64,000 bases of DNA, taken from positions 76,696,001-76,760,000 of the forward strand of contig NC_086097.1 in the NCBI RefSeq assembly GCF_963921235.1, read 5' to 3'. Origin of the DNA: Mobula hypostoma (taxonomy: Eukaryota). The translations under genes were made by a program, and so were the position numbers. This document shows, piece after piece, positions 25,658 through 39,695 of this stretch. Position 1 is the first letter of the stretch; each line of letters begins with the position of its first letter. The notes below the pieces were generated by a model, which had not been told where the DNA came from, did not search any database, and saw nothing but the letters and a program-made list of their open reading frames with translations.

Positions 25658-28600
25658 TGCTGGTAAAGAATGGCATCAAATCAGTAGAAAGATGTGGAAG
25701 GCTTAGAAGATGTAGAATCCTTGTGGGTTGAGTTAAGAAACTGCAAGAGTAAAAGGACCCTGATGGAAGTTATTTCCAGGCCTCCCAACAGTAGTTAGAT
25801 GTGGAGAACAGATTACAATGGGAATTAGAAAAGGCATATCTAATGGGCAATGTTACGATAGTTATGGGAGATTTCAACATGCAGGTGAATTGGGGAAAAT
25901 CAGGTTGGCAATGGATTTCAAGAGTGAGATTGTTGAATGTCTTTTGTGACGGCTTTTTGAGAGCGGTTTATTGTGGAGCCAACTAAAGGGATCAGTTATA
26001 CTGGATTGGGTGTTATGAATGAACCAGAGGCGATTAGGGCGCTTAAGGTAAAAGAACCTTTAGGAGGCAGTGATCACGATATGATTGAGTTCAACTTGAA
26101 ATCTGATAGGGAGAAAGTAAAGTCTTAAGTAGCAGTATTTCAGTGGAGTAGAGGAAATTACAGTGGGATGAGAGACGAGTAGGCCTAAGTAAATTGGAAG
26201 GAGATAGGGATGACAAGAGAGCAGCAAAGGCGTGAGTTTCTGGGAACAATGAGAAATGTACAGGATAGATGTATTCCAAAAATTAAGAAATACTCAAATG
26301 GCAAAATAGTACAACCGTGGCTGAGAAGAGAAGTCAAAGCTAATGTATAAGCAAAAGAGAGGGCATACAACAAAACAAAAATTAGTGGAAGGTAGAGGAT
26401 TGGGAAGCTTTTAAAAACCTACAGAGAGCAACTAAAAGAATCATTAGGAGAGAAAAGATGAAATATGAAAGCAAGCTAGCAAACAATATTAACGTGGGTA
26501 GTTAAAGCTTTTTCAAGTATATATAAAAAAAAGAGAAATGAGAATGGATATAGAACCCCTAGAAACTGAGGCTGGAACAATAAATGGGGACAAGGAGATG
26601 GCAGATGAACTAAATGAGTATTTTGCATCGGTCTTCACTGTGGAAGACACCAGCAGTGTACCAGATGTTGAAGGGTGTGAGGGAGAGAAGTGAGTGCAGT
26701 TACTATTACAAGGGAGAAGGTGCTCAAAAAGCTGGAAGACCCAAGGGTACATAAGTCGTCCATCCAGATGAACTGCACCCTAGAGTTCTGAAAGAGGCAG
26801 CAGTAGAGATTGTGGCGGCATTAGTAGCAATCTTTCAAAAATCATTGGACTCTGGCATGGTACCAGGAGACTGGAAAATTGCAAATGTCACTCTACTCTT
26901 TAACAAAGGAGGAAAGCTGCAGAAAGGAAACTATAGACCAATTAGCCTGAACTTAGTGGTTGTGAAGTGGGTAGTGGCTCCATATGTCACTACTACAGGG
27001 CGTGACGACCCTGCCTTACATGAGTCCCGCTCAGCTGGCTCTGGTTGACAGTACCTGGTATGGTCCCCTATCCCAGGGTTGTGGATCCTACTGCCTTGTG
27101 GGTAACTTCAGGAGATGAGAAAGTTAAGGAGTAAACCCTACGCAAATCCAGAGTGGAGCCCCTAAGGTGGTTGGGTGACGTATCACATCACCTCCCGGCA
27201 GCTCCTGCAGCCAAGCTGATGCCAAATATACTGCTTTGCATTCCTTTGGACCACATCTGCAAGGCCGAGAGGGGGATCTTGATGTCTGGGCAGCCCAGGA
27301 TCTCCATATTTATTGCCCAGGTCTGCGCCACGGAACGGGTGCATCATTGTCTACTTAGACGGAGCCATGAAGTGGTTGGGAAAATGTTGGAGTCAACTGC
27401 TAAGGATGAAGTTATGGAGTACTTGGTAACACAGGACAAGCTGGGACAAAATCAGCATGGTTTCCTTAAGGGGAAAATCTTGCTTGACAAATCTGTTGAG
27501 ATTCTTTGAGGATAATGCAAGTAGAATAGATAAAAGGGGATGCAGTGGATGTTGTATATTTGGACTTTCAGAAGGCCTTTGACAGGGTGCCACATGTGGT
27601 GTTGTTTACCGAGTTAAGAGCCCATAGTATGACAGAAAAGTTACTGGCATGGTTAGAGCATTGGCTGCTTGGTAGGAGGCAGTAAGTAGGAATAAAAGGA
27701 TCCTTTTCTGCTTGGCTGCCAATGACCAGTAGTGTTTTGCAAGGGTCAGTGTTGGGCTTACTTTTTATGATAAACTTCAATGATTTAGATGATGGAATAG
27801 ATGTCTTTTGTTGCCAAGTTTGCAGATGATACGAAGATTGATGGAGGGACAGGTCATGTTGAGGAAACAGGTAGGCTGCAGAAGAACTTAGACAGATTAG
27901 GAGAATGGGCAAGAAAGTGGCAAATGAAATACAATGTTGTAAAATGCATGGTCATGCACTTTGGTAATAGATATAAATGTGCAGACTATTTTCTAAATGG
28001 GGAGAAAATCCAAAAGTCGGAGGTGCAAAGGCACTTGGGCGTCCTTGTGCAGAACACCCTAAAGGTTAACTTGCAGGTTCAATCAGTGGTGAAGAAGACA
28101 AATGCAATGTGAGTATTCGTTTCAAGAGGTCTATAATAAGAGAGCAGGGATGTGATGCTGAAGCTTTATAAGGTACTGGTGAGGCCTCGCCTTGAGTATT
28201 GTGAACAGTTTTGGTCCCCTCATCAAGGAAAGATGTGCTGGTATTGGAGAAGATTCAGAGGAAGTTCACAAGGATGATTCTGGGAATTAAAAGGTTATCA
28301 TACAAGGAATGTATGATGGCACTGGGCCTGTTCTTGCTGGAATTTAGAAGGATGGGGGTGATCTCATTGAAACCTTTTGTTGAAGGACAGAATAGATATG
28401 AAAAGGACGTTTCCCATGGTAGGGGAGTCTAGGACAAGGGGGCACAGCCTAAGGATAGAGGGGCATCCATTTAAGACAGATGCAGAGTAATTTATCTAGC
28501 AAGAGGGTGATGAATTTGTGGAATGTGTACTACAGGAAGTTTGATTGGATACGGCATCAAAGATTACGGGGAGAAGGCCAGGGAATGGATCTGACGCGAA

Positions 28601-28684
28601 ATAAGGATCAGCTATGATTGAATGGTGGAGCCGACATGCTGGGGCAAATGACCTAATTCTGCTCCTGTGCCTTATGGTCTTATG
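25658..28684 (+). mobile_element. CR1 LINE ORF2, 5'-truncated, gaccc TSD
   Basis: VMGDFNM, GNYRPISL, KFADDTKI; ttatggtcttatg tail; gaccc at 25653-25657 and 28685-28689. Confidence 0.9.
26967..27370. mobile_element. Unclassified ~400-bp non-autonomous insertion in CR1
   Basis: Duplicated flank agtggttg(t/g)gaa; subterminal inverted tggctcc/ggagcca. Confidence 0.65.
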
Positions 28685-29867
28685 GACCCATCTAGTCCAT
28701 GCCAAACCATTAATTTGCCTAGTCTCATCGATCTGTACCCGGAGCATGGCTTTCCATACCCCTTCCATCTATGTACCAATCCAAATTTATCTTGAAGCCT
28801 GAAATCGAACCCCCCTTCACCACTTATGCTGGCAGCTCCAGACTCTCTGCTCCCTCTGAGTGAAGAAAGTCTCCCTCATATTCCGCTTAAATATTTCACC
28901 CTTCATCCTTAACCCATGACTTCCAATTGTAGTCTCACGCAACCTCAATGGAAAAAGCCTGCTTGCGTTTACCTTATCTATACCCAACATAAATACGTAC
29001 ACCTCTATCAAATCTCCCCTCAATCTTCTGCATCCTAGAGAATAAATCATAACCCATTCGCAATAACTCAGGTCCTCAAGTCTCGGCAACACTCTTATAA
29101 TATTTTTCTGCACTCTTTCAGATTACTTACATCTTTCCTATAGGTAGGTGACCAAAACTGCATACATACCTCAAATTATGCCTCACCAATGTTTTGTACA
29201 CCTTATATTTGTCTGCATTAAATCCTATCTGCCATTTTTCAGCGCATTTTTCCCAGCTGATCCATATCCCACTGCAAGATTTAATAGTCTTCTTCGCTGT
29301 TTACTGCACCCCCAATCTTGGAGTCATTTGCTAACTTGCTGATCCAGTTTGTCACATTAGCAGTCAGATTGTTGATACAGTCAAGAAATAACAATGGTCC
29401 CAGCGCCGATCCCTGTGGCACTCCACTAGACACAGTCCTGCAGTCGAGAGGCGACCATCTACTATCACTCTCTGGCTTCTCCCACGAAGCCAATACCTCA
29501 TCCATTTTACTGCCTCATCTTGAATGTCAAGCGAATAAACCTTCTTGACCAACCTCCCATGTGGGACCTTGTCAAAGGCCTTGCTAAAGTCCATGTAGAC
29601 AACATCCACTGCATTGCCTTCATCAACTTTCCTGGTAACACTCTCAAAAATCTCTATAAGGTTGGTTAGACATGAGCTACCAAGTACAAAGCCATGTTGA
29701 CGATCCCTAATCGGTCTCTTGTCTATCCAAATGCTTATATATCCATTTCAAAGAGTACCTTCCAATAACCTTCCCATTACTGACATCAGGTTCACTGGCC
29801 TCTAATTTCCTGGCTTACCCTTAGAGCATTTCTGAAACAGCGGAACAACATTAGTTAACCTCCAATT

Positions 29868-30865
29868 AAGATGTGGGCTACAAATTACAATGTGAGATGG
29901 AAAATACATGTTGAAAGGCCAATGTTACAATAGTCATGTGAGATTACAATTTGCAGGTAGATTGGGAAAATCAGGTTGGTCCTGGATGCCAAGAGGGGGA
30001 ATTTGTAGAAAGCCCACAAAATGGCTTTTTATGGCAGTTCATGGTGGAGCCCACTAGGGGATCCGCTGTTCTGGATTGGGTGTTGTGCAATGAACTGGAA
30101 TTAACTAGAAGAACTTAAGGGAAAGGCACTCTTAGGGGCCAGTGATCATAATGATGGAATTCAGCCTGCAATTTGAGAGGGAGAAGATAATGTCAGATGT
30201 ATCGGTAATACAGTGGAGTAAAGGGAATTACAGTGGCATAAGAGAGGAGCTGGTGAAAGTTCATTGGAAAGAGACACTAGCAGGGATGATGGCTTGAGTT
30301 TCTGGGAGTAAATCAGAAGGCACAGCATAGAAACATCCCGAAGAAGAGGAAGTATTCTAAAGGCAGGATGATGCAACTGTGGCTGACAAGGGAAGTCAAA
30401 GCCGACATGAAAGCCAAACGGAGGGCATATAATAAAGCAAAAATGAGTGGAAAGTGGGAGGATTGGGAAGCTTTTAAAAACCAACAGAAGGCAACTAAAA
30501 GGCCATAAAGAAGGAAAAGATGAAGTATGAAGGTAAGCTAGCCAATTATATTAAAAAAAGATACTAAAAGTTTCTTAAAGTGGGGGGGGTTGGGTTCAAA
30601 ATTAAGGAGTGTAGATTTAGCATGAGAGGGAAAAGGCTTAAAGAAGATTTGAAGAGCAGCTGTTTTCTTGCAGGGGGAGTGGAATACATGGAATGAGCTG
30701 CAAGAGAAAGTGGCTGAGGCAGATACAATAGTATCATTAAATATGCACTTGGGTAGGTACATGCAGGGGCAGGGTATAGATATGGACCAAATGCAGGAAA
30801 TTGGGACGTTGAGCGGGTACATGGACTTGTTGGGCCATATTCATGCTGTATTGTTCCATGACTAT
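29868..30865 (+). mobile_element. Two CR1 fragments (endonuclease/linker piece and a 3' end piece)
   Basis: Homologous to 16890-17600; WNELQEKVAEADTI 3' motif. Confidence 0.75.
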
Positions 30866-32250
30866 TGCTCTAACAAGGTCAGTACATACAGAGATAGCGG
30901 CAGGTACCACAAAGGATCTTTAGAAAACAGAGAGCAGAGTTAAATAGGATCATGGAAAAATTATAAAGAGAAGGAGGCCATTTGGTTCATTTTGTTAGAT
31001 GAGAAAGAGCTGCTGCTTGGAAGTGAAGGGTGCACGATCAGCAATCTGTTTGCTCCAACCTATTCCCACCTTCCAATACTTGGTTAATCACCTGCTGGCC
31101 ATAGCTCAAACAAATCTAAACATTCGGCAGCTAATTAATTTGTGCCTTTCTAAATTAGGTTTATGTCATTCTCTTAAAATGGATTCAAGTAATTTGCCTA
31201 CAATGGAAGTTATGCCAGTTGGCCTGAAATTGCTTGGTTCATACATTTTTAAGCACTTAGGCTTAACACTTATCTCATCAGTTGAAATTAATTTACTGAA
31301 TGTGCCATAGGAATCCTCTGTGCATTATGCATTTACAATAACTCTAAGTTAAATTGGGTCAATTAATATCTCCTTCTGTTGCTGTCTCAGTGCTTTTGCA
31401 CTTATCAGAAATGTTTATAAATTTGCCCTTCACTCTCCCATGAGGAGAAGGGTAACTTCCATCAATCTACTTGCCTGATTTTTGTTACTTATTTCAATTT
31501 ATGCAGCCCCTCTTTATGATCCTCATGTAATATCGTTCCTTCACACATCACTTACATTTTTGATCAATATTGCTATTAACCTCTCTCTATTTTGATCAGC
31601 TTCTATATTTCATCTAAAAGCAAGGTTACCATAAATCCATCTATCAGTGCCTATCAATATCCTCTAGTCACCTTCCATATTTTCAAATCTAATACTGAAA
31701 CATTAATAAAATCACAGAATACTGCCTTACAATAAATCATGACAGCCTCTAAGTCTGAGAAAACACATTACAAATACTATGCATTGGCAGAGAAATTACT
31801 CTTTTACTTGGTGTATTTGCACAAAAATTAAGTCTGAATTAGAAAAATGGTGTGGTTTTGCTCTATTATGATGAGCTTCCATTTTGGTAACTAGTATTGT
31901 TTTTGTTGGATTGTTAGTTGAAAATTAACAATTTTGAGCATTAATAGTTTGTGATTTTTAACGTTGATTTTTGTCACTGTTGTTTCATTCTACTGCAGTT
32001 CCTGAGGTTTTGTTTTTAACAACTGACTAAATTTGTTGAGTTCCTTTTAACACCATCATTTACAGCAGATTACCCTACTGTTTGCTGCACCTGGAATGGT
32101 TGTTCAAAATGTGAATTTATGACCTGACCTAATGTTTTCATGGAATTCAAAGCAGGTTTTTTTTTTAGCTGAGGTGGCTTACACTTAATGGTTTAAATCT
32201 CTGGCAACGTTAATATTTCTTGAAAAGTAATATTCGCTCATTATTTTTAG

Positions 32251-32325
32251 GCAGCTCAAGGGGGTGGACACCGAACCCTTCTTTATGGTCATGCTATTCT
32301 TCTCCGGCATGCATATAGTGGAATG
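32251..32325 (+). CDS. RYR3: RYR3 exon 4 equivalent: [25 protein letters not shown]
   Basis: tttttag| ... |gtgagt; 75 nt. Confidence 0.97.
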
Positions 32326-34154
32326 GTGAGTATGGCGATTAAATGTCGTAGTTGGGGTTAAGAGGAATAATATTGTTGAATCAGAGCAATGCCTTGCAAG
32401 TTGGAATGGGTATGTGTCACCATCCCTGCAAATGAATTAGAGTCACATTCAAGTTCCTTTTCTGACTAATGAGAAAATAAAAATGAGATATGAGAAATAG
32501 AAGTCCAGATAGCATCTTATCAACTGTGAACTGAGACAGGAAGGGAAGGCGTACCAGAAGTTGGATTAAATTAAACAAGTTCAACGATGTTAAAATTCAG
32601 GACTGAGAATGTGAATCATTGGAGTAAAAGAATACAGCAAAGAAAATGAGACACTTTCCTTTGTGTACTTTGAAATTGCCTATTTCAAAATGGTTCTGAA
32701 ACTTGTTAAAAATACAAGTGCATGTAATATGGAATGATTTAGTATATAAAATCACATATGCAAAATCTGAGCCATTGTGTGAGTTTATATACTGTCATGT
32801 CATATTGCATGCACTTGGTGAAATTACTGTGATGAAACTATCAGTGTTATCTGCCATTATGCTATTACACTATCAGGAATTTCTATCAGTGCTGCTTCAT
32901 AAGGAATACTGTTTTACATACGTCTATACAATATTTTGAAGTAGCTAATACACTTACAGGAACCTTTTATAATTTTCCAATGTTCTCAATTTAAAATATC
33001 CTAAAAATTTCAATTTTGTGGCTGCATTTCACTCAGATAAATATTTTCAAACTACAGAAGATTTCTTAATAAAACTGTTTTAGATTTGTGATATTTCAGC
33101 TTTAAAGTTAATCTTGTCTATGCTGTTATGTTTATTTGAAGTTATATAGACTGTTTTAAAATGTTAAACTCAAAAATGTTTTTTTCCTAGTTTGCTGTCT
33201 GTGGAAAGTGATCAATAAAACCAACTTACTGAGATCACGGAAAGCTCTGAACCTTATCCCTGACAACACCCAAAAGTGTATGTCACATAGGTCATTTATT
33301 TTCTGTGAGGAATTTTCCTCAACATCAGCAATGTAAACTGCCATCCTGTCTCTGGATGAAATACACAACCATTAGATTTACAAAGGCCTTATAAGAATGG
33401 GTAACAAGAAGCATTCAATAGTATCTGGTTTGGTTCCTGTATCCAGGTCTGGAAAACTGCAACATATAACACTGTTTGTGGTATAACTGTCCATTTTCTT
33501 CATCCAATATTGTTTTCTCTATATCTGAAACTGCATCCTCAAGTGTTGGACTTAGCAAACAAGGATGAGTACCTTAATGTTATCCTACATTACTCATGAG
33601 GGAAGTTAGAAAGCATTTTTTTTCATGCAAAGGAAGGTCAAAATCTTCTCCCATGCCTCCCACAAATCTATCACCTTAAAAAGCCAGGTCCATAGAAGGT
33701 TTTAAATCCAGAAGAGAAGTGTTTTCCTGTGTAAGGATATTAAGGAACATGAAAGAAAAGATGGAGTGTAAGTGGGGTTAATTTTTAGAACAACAATATT
33801 CTCATTGAATACAAGGGATTAAATAGTCTGCTCTAATTCTCTCAGCATCTGCAAAGTATCTTGGTAATATTTCAATGCAAAGTATGCTTTCAACTGCATT
33901 ATGTTGACTGGAATGTAAAACGCTTCAGAGTTTGAAAATCATGAAATATCAAAAATAATACAAGCATGAACCATTCCGGTTAGACTTTTCACAAGATTAT
34001 TACTTTATGTTATATTTTAGGAACATAAGTAAATTAAATATTATATTTACAGCATAAAACCATCAGGCTGTGTCAGCCATTTATTCAGTTATTGTTAATG
34101 ATGGCATGAAGGCACATGATTTTTTAAAACTTATTTTAAATTGTTTCTTCATAG

Positions 34155-34233
34155 TATTTGACTTGTTTGACAACAACAAGGTCGTTGACGGACAAATTAG
34201 CTTTTGATGTTGGTCTGCAGGAAGATTCATCTG
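34155..34233 (+). CDS. RYR3: RYR3 exon 5 equivalent: [26 protein letters not shown](G)
   Basis: ttcatag| ... |gtaagg; 79 nt. Confidence 0.97.
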
Positions 34234-34416
34234 GTAAGGGAACATGCTCTTTTATTTTTTCTGACAGTACATTTTTTTCCTTTCTCACTAATCTATGGTG
34301 AGTCATACATACTGAATTTTCACTTGTAATGATTTTGTGCAATGAAAAATTATATAAATTATTTCCTCTGTTACCAATTGCAAAAACAGGTAAGCCCTTT
34401 TTCCATTGCTTGATAA

Positions 34417-34713
<297 letters not shown>

Positions 34714-34750
34714 TAACTGTCCACTTGATTGTAGCTATGTTCTATTGTAG

Positions 34751-34850
34751 CATACTTCCATCTCCAATGGCAACATACAAGTAGACGCTTCCTTCATACA
34801 GACACTGTGGAATGTCCACCCTATATGTTCAAGCAGTGACGTAGTAGAAG
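34751..34850 (+). CDS. RYR3: RYR3 exon 7 equivalent: [33 protein letters not shown](G)
   Basis: attgtag| ... |gtgagt; 100 nt. Confidence 0.96.
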
Positions 34851-35096
34851 GTGAGTCCTTTACCAGTTAGTTTGTAAAGTAAAGATTATGATTATGTTCC
34901 TTAATTTCAGTGTACCGAATTATTTTACATTTATTTTATCTCTCTAAGCTATGTATATTTGCATTCCATATTCTTATTTAAAAATTTATGTTTTATTTTT
35001 GATTTGCTCTAAAGAACCTACTGAGGGCTTAAAATGGCAGCAAATAAAGCACAAGGTAACGTTTGTTAACATGTACTCCATTTTCTTCTCCGTAAG

Positions 35097-35190
35097 GGTT
35101 TCTGAATGGTGGGCATGTGCTACGACTTTTCCACGGCCATGATGAATGTTTGACTGTCCCATCTACAAACCAGAGAGAGGACGAGTATGT
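35097..35190 (+). CDS. RYR3: RYR3 exon 8 equivalent: (G)[30 protein letters not shown](V)
   Basis: ccgtaag| ... |gtaagt; 94 nt. Confidence 0.95.
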
Positions 35191-35834
35191 GTAAGTGTCA
35201 GCACATCCGTTTCAAACACATTTTCAAAATGTTCCCGTTTGCATTCTTGCTGTTCATGTTACTTTGCTACATTTGTATTCATTTTTATTGTAAAACACCT
35301 GAATGAAAAGCAGTATTATGAAGAAAATGTTCATTCATATTGTTATTTTCCTGAGAGGTTAATTCTGAAATGCAATTATGTTAAATTAATTTTAAATATT
35401 TGAATAGAGCATCTGGTTCTAAGTTTTATACATCGAGAATAAACTTGATAAGCCGAGCTGAAGTACAAACATGCATAATGGTCTTCTATGCAGATATCTC
35501 TGTGGTGTCTTGAGCAGATACTGTATAGAAGGCATATAGTGTCGCCAGAAAGGAACAACCCTTTGTGTTCAGGTCCCAAGGCAATTATCAAATATTGCCA
35601 TTTGCTCCAGTTTTCAACTACTACATCTGAAATTTTCAGCCACAGACACTGCAGAGAGTAACATCTTTTCAAACCATTTAAAATAGCTAGTGATCTTCAG
35701 TCCTGGCAGAGTTGGGCCTCCACACCACCCAGTGAGTGCGTGCAGCAGCTGGAAGCTCAGGGAGTGTTTCTGTTGTCTCAGGAAGCAGGGCTGCTTGGTA
35801 AGGCTGCAGGTAAAGCTGAAACGCAGGGTCCTAA

Positions 35835-35930
35835 CAACACACACAAAATGCTGGAGGAACTCAGAGGGCCCACCAGCATTTTGTGTGTGTTGCTTGGATT
35901 TCCAGCATCTGTTGATTTTTCTCTTGTTTG
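35835..35930. repeat. Perfect 20-bp inverted repeat made of Penelope tail ends
   Basis: caacacacacaaaatgctgg (35835-35854) and ccagcattttgtgtgtgttg (35873-35892). Confidence 0.85.
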
Positions 35931-35959
35931 TGATTGGTTACTATACAAGGCCCTAAGGC

Positions 35960-36955
35960 CACTCTTCCATACCATTCTCCTGACTTTTATACAGTGTCTG
36001 GAATATAAAATTGACAACCTCGGAGCAAGACTGCAATACTAGAGGGACATCAGGGACTGTTACGTACTGCACTTTACAGACTATCATTATAGGGGCACCT
36101 CAGGGAGGCATGCTTAGCCAATTGCTCTACTCTCTCCACCTTCATAATTGTATGGTTAGGCACAGCTCAAGCGCCATCTATAAAATTCACCCATGACACC
36201 ACTGTTGTTGGCAAAATCTCAGGTGGTGACGAGGTGATTAGAAGAGCAATATAGATTGGCTGATTGAGCAATGCCTCAACTACAACCTTGCAGTCAGTGT
36301 CAGGAAGACTAAGGGACAGATTGTAGACTTTGGGAAGGGGAAGTTGGGAGGAGAGATTCCAATTCCCACTGATTGTGCAATGATGGAAATGGTGAGCAGC
36401 TTCAAGTTCCTGAGCGTCAATATCTCAGACATCTTTCCTGGACCCAACAGATTGACGTAATCATGAAAAAGGCAGTGGGCAGCTTGACTTAAATGAGAGT
36501 TTGAGGAGATTTGGTATACCTTGCAAATTTCTACTAATGTACGGTGGAAAGCATTCTGACTGGTTGCCCCACTGCCTGGTATGAAATAGGTTTCAGAGGG
36601 CTGTAGAGTCGGCCAGCTCCATCACAGGCCCAACTCTCCCCACCATTGAGGACACCTTCAGGAGGTGGTGCCTCATTAAAGACCCTCACCATCCGGGACA
36701 TTCCCTCTTCTCATTATTCTCATTGAGGAGGGGATACAGGAGCCTGAAAATCCACACTCAACATTTCAGGAACAGCTCCTTTCCTTCCACCATCAGATTT
36801 CTGAACAGTCCATAAACCCAGAAACACAATCTCATTATTCCATTTGCACTATTTATTTATTGTAACTTATAATGATTTTTATGTTTTCCTCTACACTGCT
36901 GCCACAAAACAACAAATTTCACAACATATATAAGTGATAATAAACCTGATTCTAA
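35960..36955 (+). mobile_element. Rex1/Babar-like LINE, internally deleted and decayed
   Basis: GAPQGGMLSQLLYSL; aataaacctgattct tail. Confidence 0.8.
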
Positions 36956-37740
36956 AATTCTGGTCTTGATGTTGCCATACAACAGTATGCAATGCATATC
37001 AGTTCACCGTTTACATAGTTTTTAGTGGCAGATGCATGGAATTATCATTTGTGTGTGACACTTATGCAAATACAGGTTTTAATACACCTGCTTCTGCCTG
37101 CCTTAAAGAGCATCACCTTGAATAGGTCTATGGCTGGTACTGCAAACCCAACTCAGATAGGATCCTTTGAAGTAATTTAATCACACATCCTTTCTGGTTC
37201 TTTCCGTACTTCAGAGAGTGACCCTACCCTTCCTCCAGCTCTTAATTCACACTCAATTTTTGCCTTAATAATACTGTATGCTACATTTAATTTTATGTCA
37301 TTACTATGTTAATAGAACAAGTAAAACAAATGAACTTTCTGTTTTTATTGGCATAAAATATTATAATTTGACAATATTAAGAGTTGTCGTCATTATCAAT
37401 GTTGTTGTATTCATTAGGAGACTGGCACCAATTAGGCTGAACATATGAAGTTATATCTGTATCTGCAAATTTATTTCAATCTTCACAATAATCAATGAAA
37501 TAATAAATTGCAAGCTAACTAGGCACTGCCACACTACAAAATGTTAGCTTTTATTTGGTAGGATTTTTAAGAACAAAAATGTTGTAAACTTGTGTGGAGT
37601 CTGTTGATTTCCTACCCATCTGCAGCAGAATGAGGCTATGATGCAGATTGCTGGTAGCCTTTGTTCAATCAGGAAAGGAGAAATCTTAATAAAAATTGCC
37701 TGATACCTTTGACAAACATTAGTTTGTAATCTGTTTGCAG

Positions 37741-37815
37741 AACAGTTAACTACGAAAGTGGGGAAGCAGGATCCTTTGCCAGATCATTATGGCGTGTAGA
37801 ACCTCTTCGAATCAG
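37741..37815 (+). CDS. RYR3: RYR3 exon 9 equivalent: TVNYESGEAGSFARSLWRVEPLRI(S)
   Basis: tttgcag| ... |gtaaca; 75 nt. Confidence 0.96.
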
Positions 37816-38247
37816 GTAACATTAAGACATTTAAGCTTTAGAGCACAGTAAAAGTTTTAAGGTTTTCTGTCTAACACTGAGATTTGAGGTGTAAATATTC
37901 TTTTCAACTGTTGCTTACGCAAATAGCTCAGAAGTCCTTGCATAGTGTGGTAGAAATTCATTCTGCTCATTGTAGACCAAGCGTTGAGTAAGGAGATTGT
38001 TTTGAGGCCTTGTGATGAAATGAATCAATATATTGAGACCACAGCAAGATCTTCATTAACAGGAATAAAGGACGTACCTTCTTCCTTCTGCTCCTGAGGA
38101 AGGATGAGGTGTAAACATGCAGAAAAAAAATAGTTGGCCATTGGACTGCTCCACCTTTCATTTTCCTGCCTCATCCCTTAAAAATATTCTATTTTGACCT
38201 TGACAATACTTAATGATGCAGATGCCATAGCTCCCTAGGGTAGAGAC

Positions 38248-38498
38248 TGTTGTGTATATTTAATATTTAAATATATTTGAGTAATTTTGTATATATATTT
38301 GTCAATTAAGCATTCTTGTCCATTTAAGTAATTCATTGCGAGTTATATCTATAAATATATGAAACGCATACGTCATCACGCTATACCACGTGGTACATGT
38401 GGATCTCACGTAAACTAAACACAAGGTTCGACTCACATTTTGGACTCCTGTATCTTCCTTTGAATTAGTTTGATATTTCAGAGTTATAAAACATAACA
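38248..38498. mobile_element. Solo LTR with 5-bp TSD, inside a CR1 remnant
   Basis: TGTTG...TAACA flanked by gagac on both sides. Confidence 0.8.
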
Positions 38499-38599
38499 GA
38501 GACCCCTGAGATTCACAACATTTTGAACGAAGAAGTTGCTCTTGATTTCAGCTTCAGGATTCCCTTTGGAAGTCTCAGACTAAGCTGTTCAAATCAAGT

Positions 38600-39695
38600 A
38601 ACCTGACCTTCACAAGAAATCAGGATATGACCTCTTTAAAGTCATCAGGGATGCCAAGACACAATACCAATCCCAAGGAGAGTACCAGATTAGCTCTCAG
38701 TTGTAGCAGGGCTAGCATGGGCTACAAACCAAAAGCAGGTGGCATTGCTGACAACAGCATGTCCCTTCCTGATGAGTTTTCAGCAGAGGGGGTTTAGAAT
38801 ATCACCACCTGTCCTGACAGCTTCCAAAACACCTGAACCCACAGTCACCACTGCGGATATAAAATTAGTCTGTCAAAGCCTGAACCCGCAGAGAGCAGCT
38901 AGTCCGGATGGTATCCTAGCCATATCCTTGGATCCTGTCCAGATCAGTTTGTGGGAATACTTACAGATATTTTAACCTCTCCCTGCTTCAATGTAAGCTT
39001 CCCACCCGCTTCAAGGAGACTATTATCATCCCGGTACCTAAGAAAAACAAGGTAACATGTCTAAATGACTAATGCCTGGTGGCTCTGATATTTCCCATTA
39101 TTAAATGTTTCAAGCATCTGGTCATGGCACGCATTGACTGCAGCCTTTCTGACAACCTTAACCCACTGCGATTCAACTAGCACTGCAACGGATCCACGTC
39201 GGATGCCATCACCCTAGCCCTACACTCATCTCTGGAATATTTAATCAGTAAAGATATCTACTTTAGAATACTTATTGACCACAACTTTGCCTTCAGTACT
39301 AGAGTTCTGAGCAAACGCATCTACAAACTTCTAAGCCTGAAACTCAACAATTCTCTTTGCAACTGGATGTTTGACTTCCTGACCAACAGGCCACGTCCCA
39401 CCAGGCTGTGTAATCAGCCCCCTGCTCTACTCTCTGTACACTCGACACTGCATGGCCAGGTTCTAATCTAACTCCATCCACAATTTTCCAGATACAGTCC
39501 ATTGTAGTGGACTGTATCTCAAGTAATAATGAGTTGAAGTATAGGAAGGAGATGAGGAGCCTAGTAATATAGTGCCATGACAACAACCTTTCCCTTAATA
39601 TCGGCAAATAAAAGAGCTGGTCATTGACATCAGATGGTGGGGGGTGGGGGTAATGGTGGAACGGTGAATGGTACACATCCTGTTTACAGTAATGG
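38600..39695 (+). mobile_element. Rex1/Babar-like RT region, decayed
   Basis: LNPQRAASPDGI; homologous to 51100-51800. Confidence 0.75.

Larger units (their letters stand above)
25612..29867 (-). mobile_element. Host CR1 (3' tail 25612-25657, body 28685-29867) split by a plus-strand CR1
   Basis: MDVVYMDFSKAFDKVPHGRL and SGVPQGSALGPLLF on the minus strand. Confidence 0.85.

Noticed and set aside
32056..32098. Possible in-frame micro-exon upstream of exon 4
   Set aside because: Donor gttgtt is very weak and there is no homology.
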